A stretch of DNA of 64,000 nt from Octopus sinensis. Taxonomy: Eukaryota. How positions within the stretch are numbered: position 1 is the stretch's first letter; the number at the start of each line of letters is the position of its first letter. Position numbers and translations under genes: made by a program. The notes below the pieces were generated by a model that was not told the origin of the DNA, did not search any database, and saw nothing but the letters and a program-made list of their open reading frames with translations. Where the stretch lies: assembly GCF_006345805.1 (NCBI RefSeq), contig NC_043000.1, forward strand, positions 133,610,001-133,674,000, given 5' to 3'. Below, one piece after another: positions 61,496-64,000 of the stretch.

Positions 61496-61739
61496 GTGCG
61501 CTATGAAATAATAATAATAAATTATAACTTTATTAGAAAATCGATAAGAGCAGATTTTGTGAACTGGTTTAAATACTAAGTCGAAGCTACTTATGTTACC
61601 TATAACCTTCGGAAATATATAGCATAAAGCTCCAATTCTTTTGTGTCTGGGAAGAGTCATTTTCTTTTTTTGTTAAAAATTAAAGGACGCGCAGATAGAC
61701 TACCGAACAATCAGCCGAATGTTTTATATTTTACATTCT

Positions 61740-61882
61740 ACCAGTGCGTAACTGGTACTTAATTTATCGACCCCGAAAGGATGAAAGGCAAAGTCGACCT
61801 CGGCGGAATTTTAACTCAGAACGTAACGGCAGACGAAATACGACTACGCATTTAGCCCGGCGTGCTAACGTTTCTGCCAGCT
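61740..61882 (-). mobile_element. Family B SINE, 5' two-thirds
   Basis: Reverse complement of the core; head ends at tttctgccagctcg. Confidence 0.85.
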
Positions 61883-61904
61883 CGACATTATTGGTAACAT
61901 ACAG

Positions 61905-62110
61905 GAGGCGAGCCATCAGAATCGTAAGCACGCCGAATAAAATGCTTAGCGGTATTTCTTCCGTCTTTACGTTCTGAGTTCAAATTCCGCCGAGGTCAAC
62001 TTTGCCTTTCATCCTTTCATCTATGAAATAAGTACCACTTGATCACTGGGGTCGATGTAATCCAGTAGTCCCCTCCCCACAAATTTCAGGCCTTGTGGTT
62101 ATAGTAGAAA
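61905..62110 (+). mobile_element. Family B SINE variant
   Basis: ggcgagccatcagaatcgtaagcacgccg...ggccttgtggttatagtagaaagg. Confidence 0.85.
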
Positions 62111-62709
62111 GGCTAATTGGTAACATAAAATAAAGTCTAACGATTGTAACGGAGAATCGAAACATGATCCCAATTATACCGGGCTGTGAATTTTATCTAA
62201 CGATAAGGCATCTGACCTTGGGTCAATAAATCTTCAAAGACGACCTTTTCATTATTTATTTACTGATCTTATCGTAAATATTATCAACAGATGACTTTAT
62301 TTGTCCTTATTCTATCTTTCTGTTTCCTTATCTTGGCCATCAGAATTTAACCTGTTAAAAAACACGTTTTTATTATTAAGAAATAATGTCTCTCTCTTAG
62401 TGTAGGTTTGTTTAGATGCTGAAAATTTTTTTCTTTTATGTTTACCTTGAAATAAGTATTAGAATCTTTAAAAAAACTTTTCCATTATTGATTGTTATCA
62501 TTTAAATTTTCTTATGCAGCAATTTATGTTTCTGATTAAAGTTGGATATAGGTGGCATGAGGAGAGTAATACCATAACCAACTGCTTTTATGGTACAAAT
62601 ATTCACTTTCGTGCAATGTCTCTTGACCTCGTCAATGTAATGGAATACATCCCACAGCAAGCTTGGTGTGTAGTTTGAACTCAACACTGCAAGTCAAATA
62701 AAAGGCACA

Positions 62710-63105
62710 GGCTTCCCAACCACATGGTTCCGGGTTCAGTTCCACAGCATGGCACCTTGGGCGAGTGTCTACTACTATAGCCTCGAGCCGACCAAAGACT
62801 TGTGAGAGGATTTAGTAAACGGAAACTGAAAGAAGCTCGTCGTGTATATACACCTATGTATGCGTACCTTTGTGTCTGCGTTTATCCTTCCATACAGCTA
62901 TTAGTGTGTTTACGTCACCGTAGCATAACGGTATTAGTGTGTTTACGTCACCGTAGCATAACAGTGCGGCAAAAGAGACAGATAGAATAAGTATCAGGCT
63001 TTAAAAAATAAGTACTGGGGGTCCATTCATTCGACTAGAAATTCTTCCAGGCAGTGCCCCAGCATGGCCGCAGTGTCACGACTGAAACAAACGAGAAATA
63101 AAAGC
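62710..63105 (+). mobile_element. Family A SINE with a 33-bp internal tandem duplication
   Basis: tattagtgtgtttacgtcaccgtagcataac at 62899 and 62932. Confidence 0.85.
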
Positions 63106-63319
63106 TAAAAACATATTGATCTTTACCATAATTAACTGTATTTGCTCACAGTGTCTATTTACATATGATAATTAATTCTACAGTTTCTGTGAAGCACTGA
63201 TGAATATATTCATATCATTAAAAAACAAAAAGAAAGAAATAAAGACCACATTGTTCCGTAATCCGACAGCTGGCCGCAATGTTTTTCCGAATACATATAG
63301 CTACAATATTGACTTCAAA

Positions 63320-63450
63320 GTCTGAAGCAAGGCCAGAAATTTCGGGTGTGGGATTAAATCGATTGCAACTACCCCAGTACTCAACTCGGTGGAATTTTAA
63401 ACTCAGAACGTAAAGATGGACGAGATGCTGCTAAGCATTCCGCCCGGCGA
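63320..63450 (-). mobile_element. Family B SINE variant, internally deleted
   Basis: caaggccagaaatttc...ccccagtactcaact|cggtggaattttaaactcagaacg. Confidence 0.7.
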
Positions 63451-63459
63451 GCTTAACGA

Positions 63460-63690
63460 TTTTTATTTCTTTATTGCCCACAAGGGGCTAAACATAGAGG
63501 GGACAAACAAGGACAGACAAACGGATTAAGTCGATTACATCGACCCCAGTGCGTAACTAGTTACTTAATTTATCGACCCCGAAAGGATGAAAAGCAAAGT
63601 CGACCTCGACGGAATTTGAACTTAGAACGGAGCGGCAGACGAAATACTGCTAAGCATTTCGCCCAGCGTGCTAACGTTTCTGCCAGCTAA
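63460..63690 (-). mobile_element. Family B SINE, full length
   Basis: Tail atttctttattgcccacaaggggctaaac through head gtttctgccagct. Confidence 0.9.
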
Positions 63691-64000
63691 TCGCCTTATA
63701 TATGGCAACAATATTAAATACTATTCCCTCAAGAGGTTTCATTGTTCTTAAGAAGATCTCCTTAATCTTTCGCTGAACTTTCCAATACTTTTTCAATTTA
63801 CAACTTGAAAAAAAGCATAATAAAAATGAAATAAAAAGTCAGCACTTTTATAATATAGTTTAGACTGAAATCATCAATATATGCCTTAGATTGCATTTAT
63901 TTATTCATTATTTTTTTCTTTTGTCGCTCTCATGAATGATTATTTCTACATTGATGTTACACACTAAAGCTTTCTGTTGAGCAAACAAAAATTTAACACG

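Overview
AT-rich animal genomic DNA. The tRNA-headed SINE families, RTE/CR1/Tx1 LINE remnants and dense microsatellites look like an octopus genome; this is recognition from memory, not a database result. I found no supportable host protein-coding exon, rRNA/tRNA gene or CRISPR array. Almost all ORFs in the supplied track are microsatellite translations or TE debris. The one long real ORF (39217-40800) is a Crypton-type (DUF3504/KIAA1958-like) tyrosine recombinase. Two things stand out. (1) Hammerhead-ribozyme (HHR) retroelements. Three unrelated ~320-360 bp units (5.3-6.0, 17.4-18.4 and 38.5-41.4 kb) each carry a type I HHR with a palindromic stem III, an A-rich loop II and a long extended stem I. 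Each is inserted as a head-to-head inverted arrangement with an arm ending within ~30 nt of the predicted cleavage site. Two of them use a U3-A8 core instead of C3-G8, which keeps the tertiary 3-8 pair. There are also three copies of a minimal-HHR Penelope-type pLTR and a lone HHR at 14.25 kb. (2) The Crypton element sits at the inversion junction of one HHR element. It ends in a 144-nt hairpin whose minus strand folds with three tandem G.A pairs and a GCGAAAGC cap, which suggests a single-stranded recombination substrate. All alignments and folds were done by eye; coordinates of diverged repeats are approximate (+/-10-20 bp).
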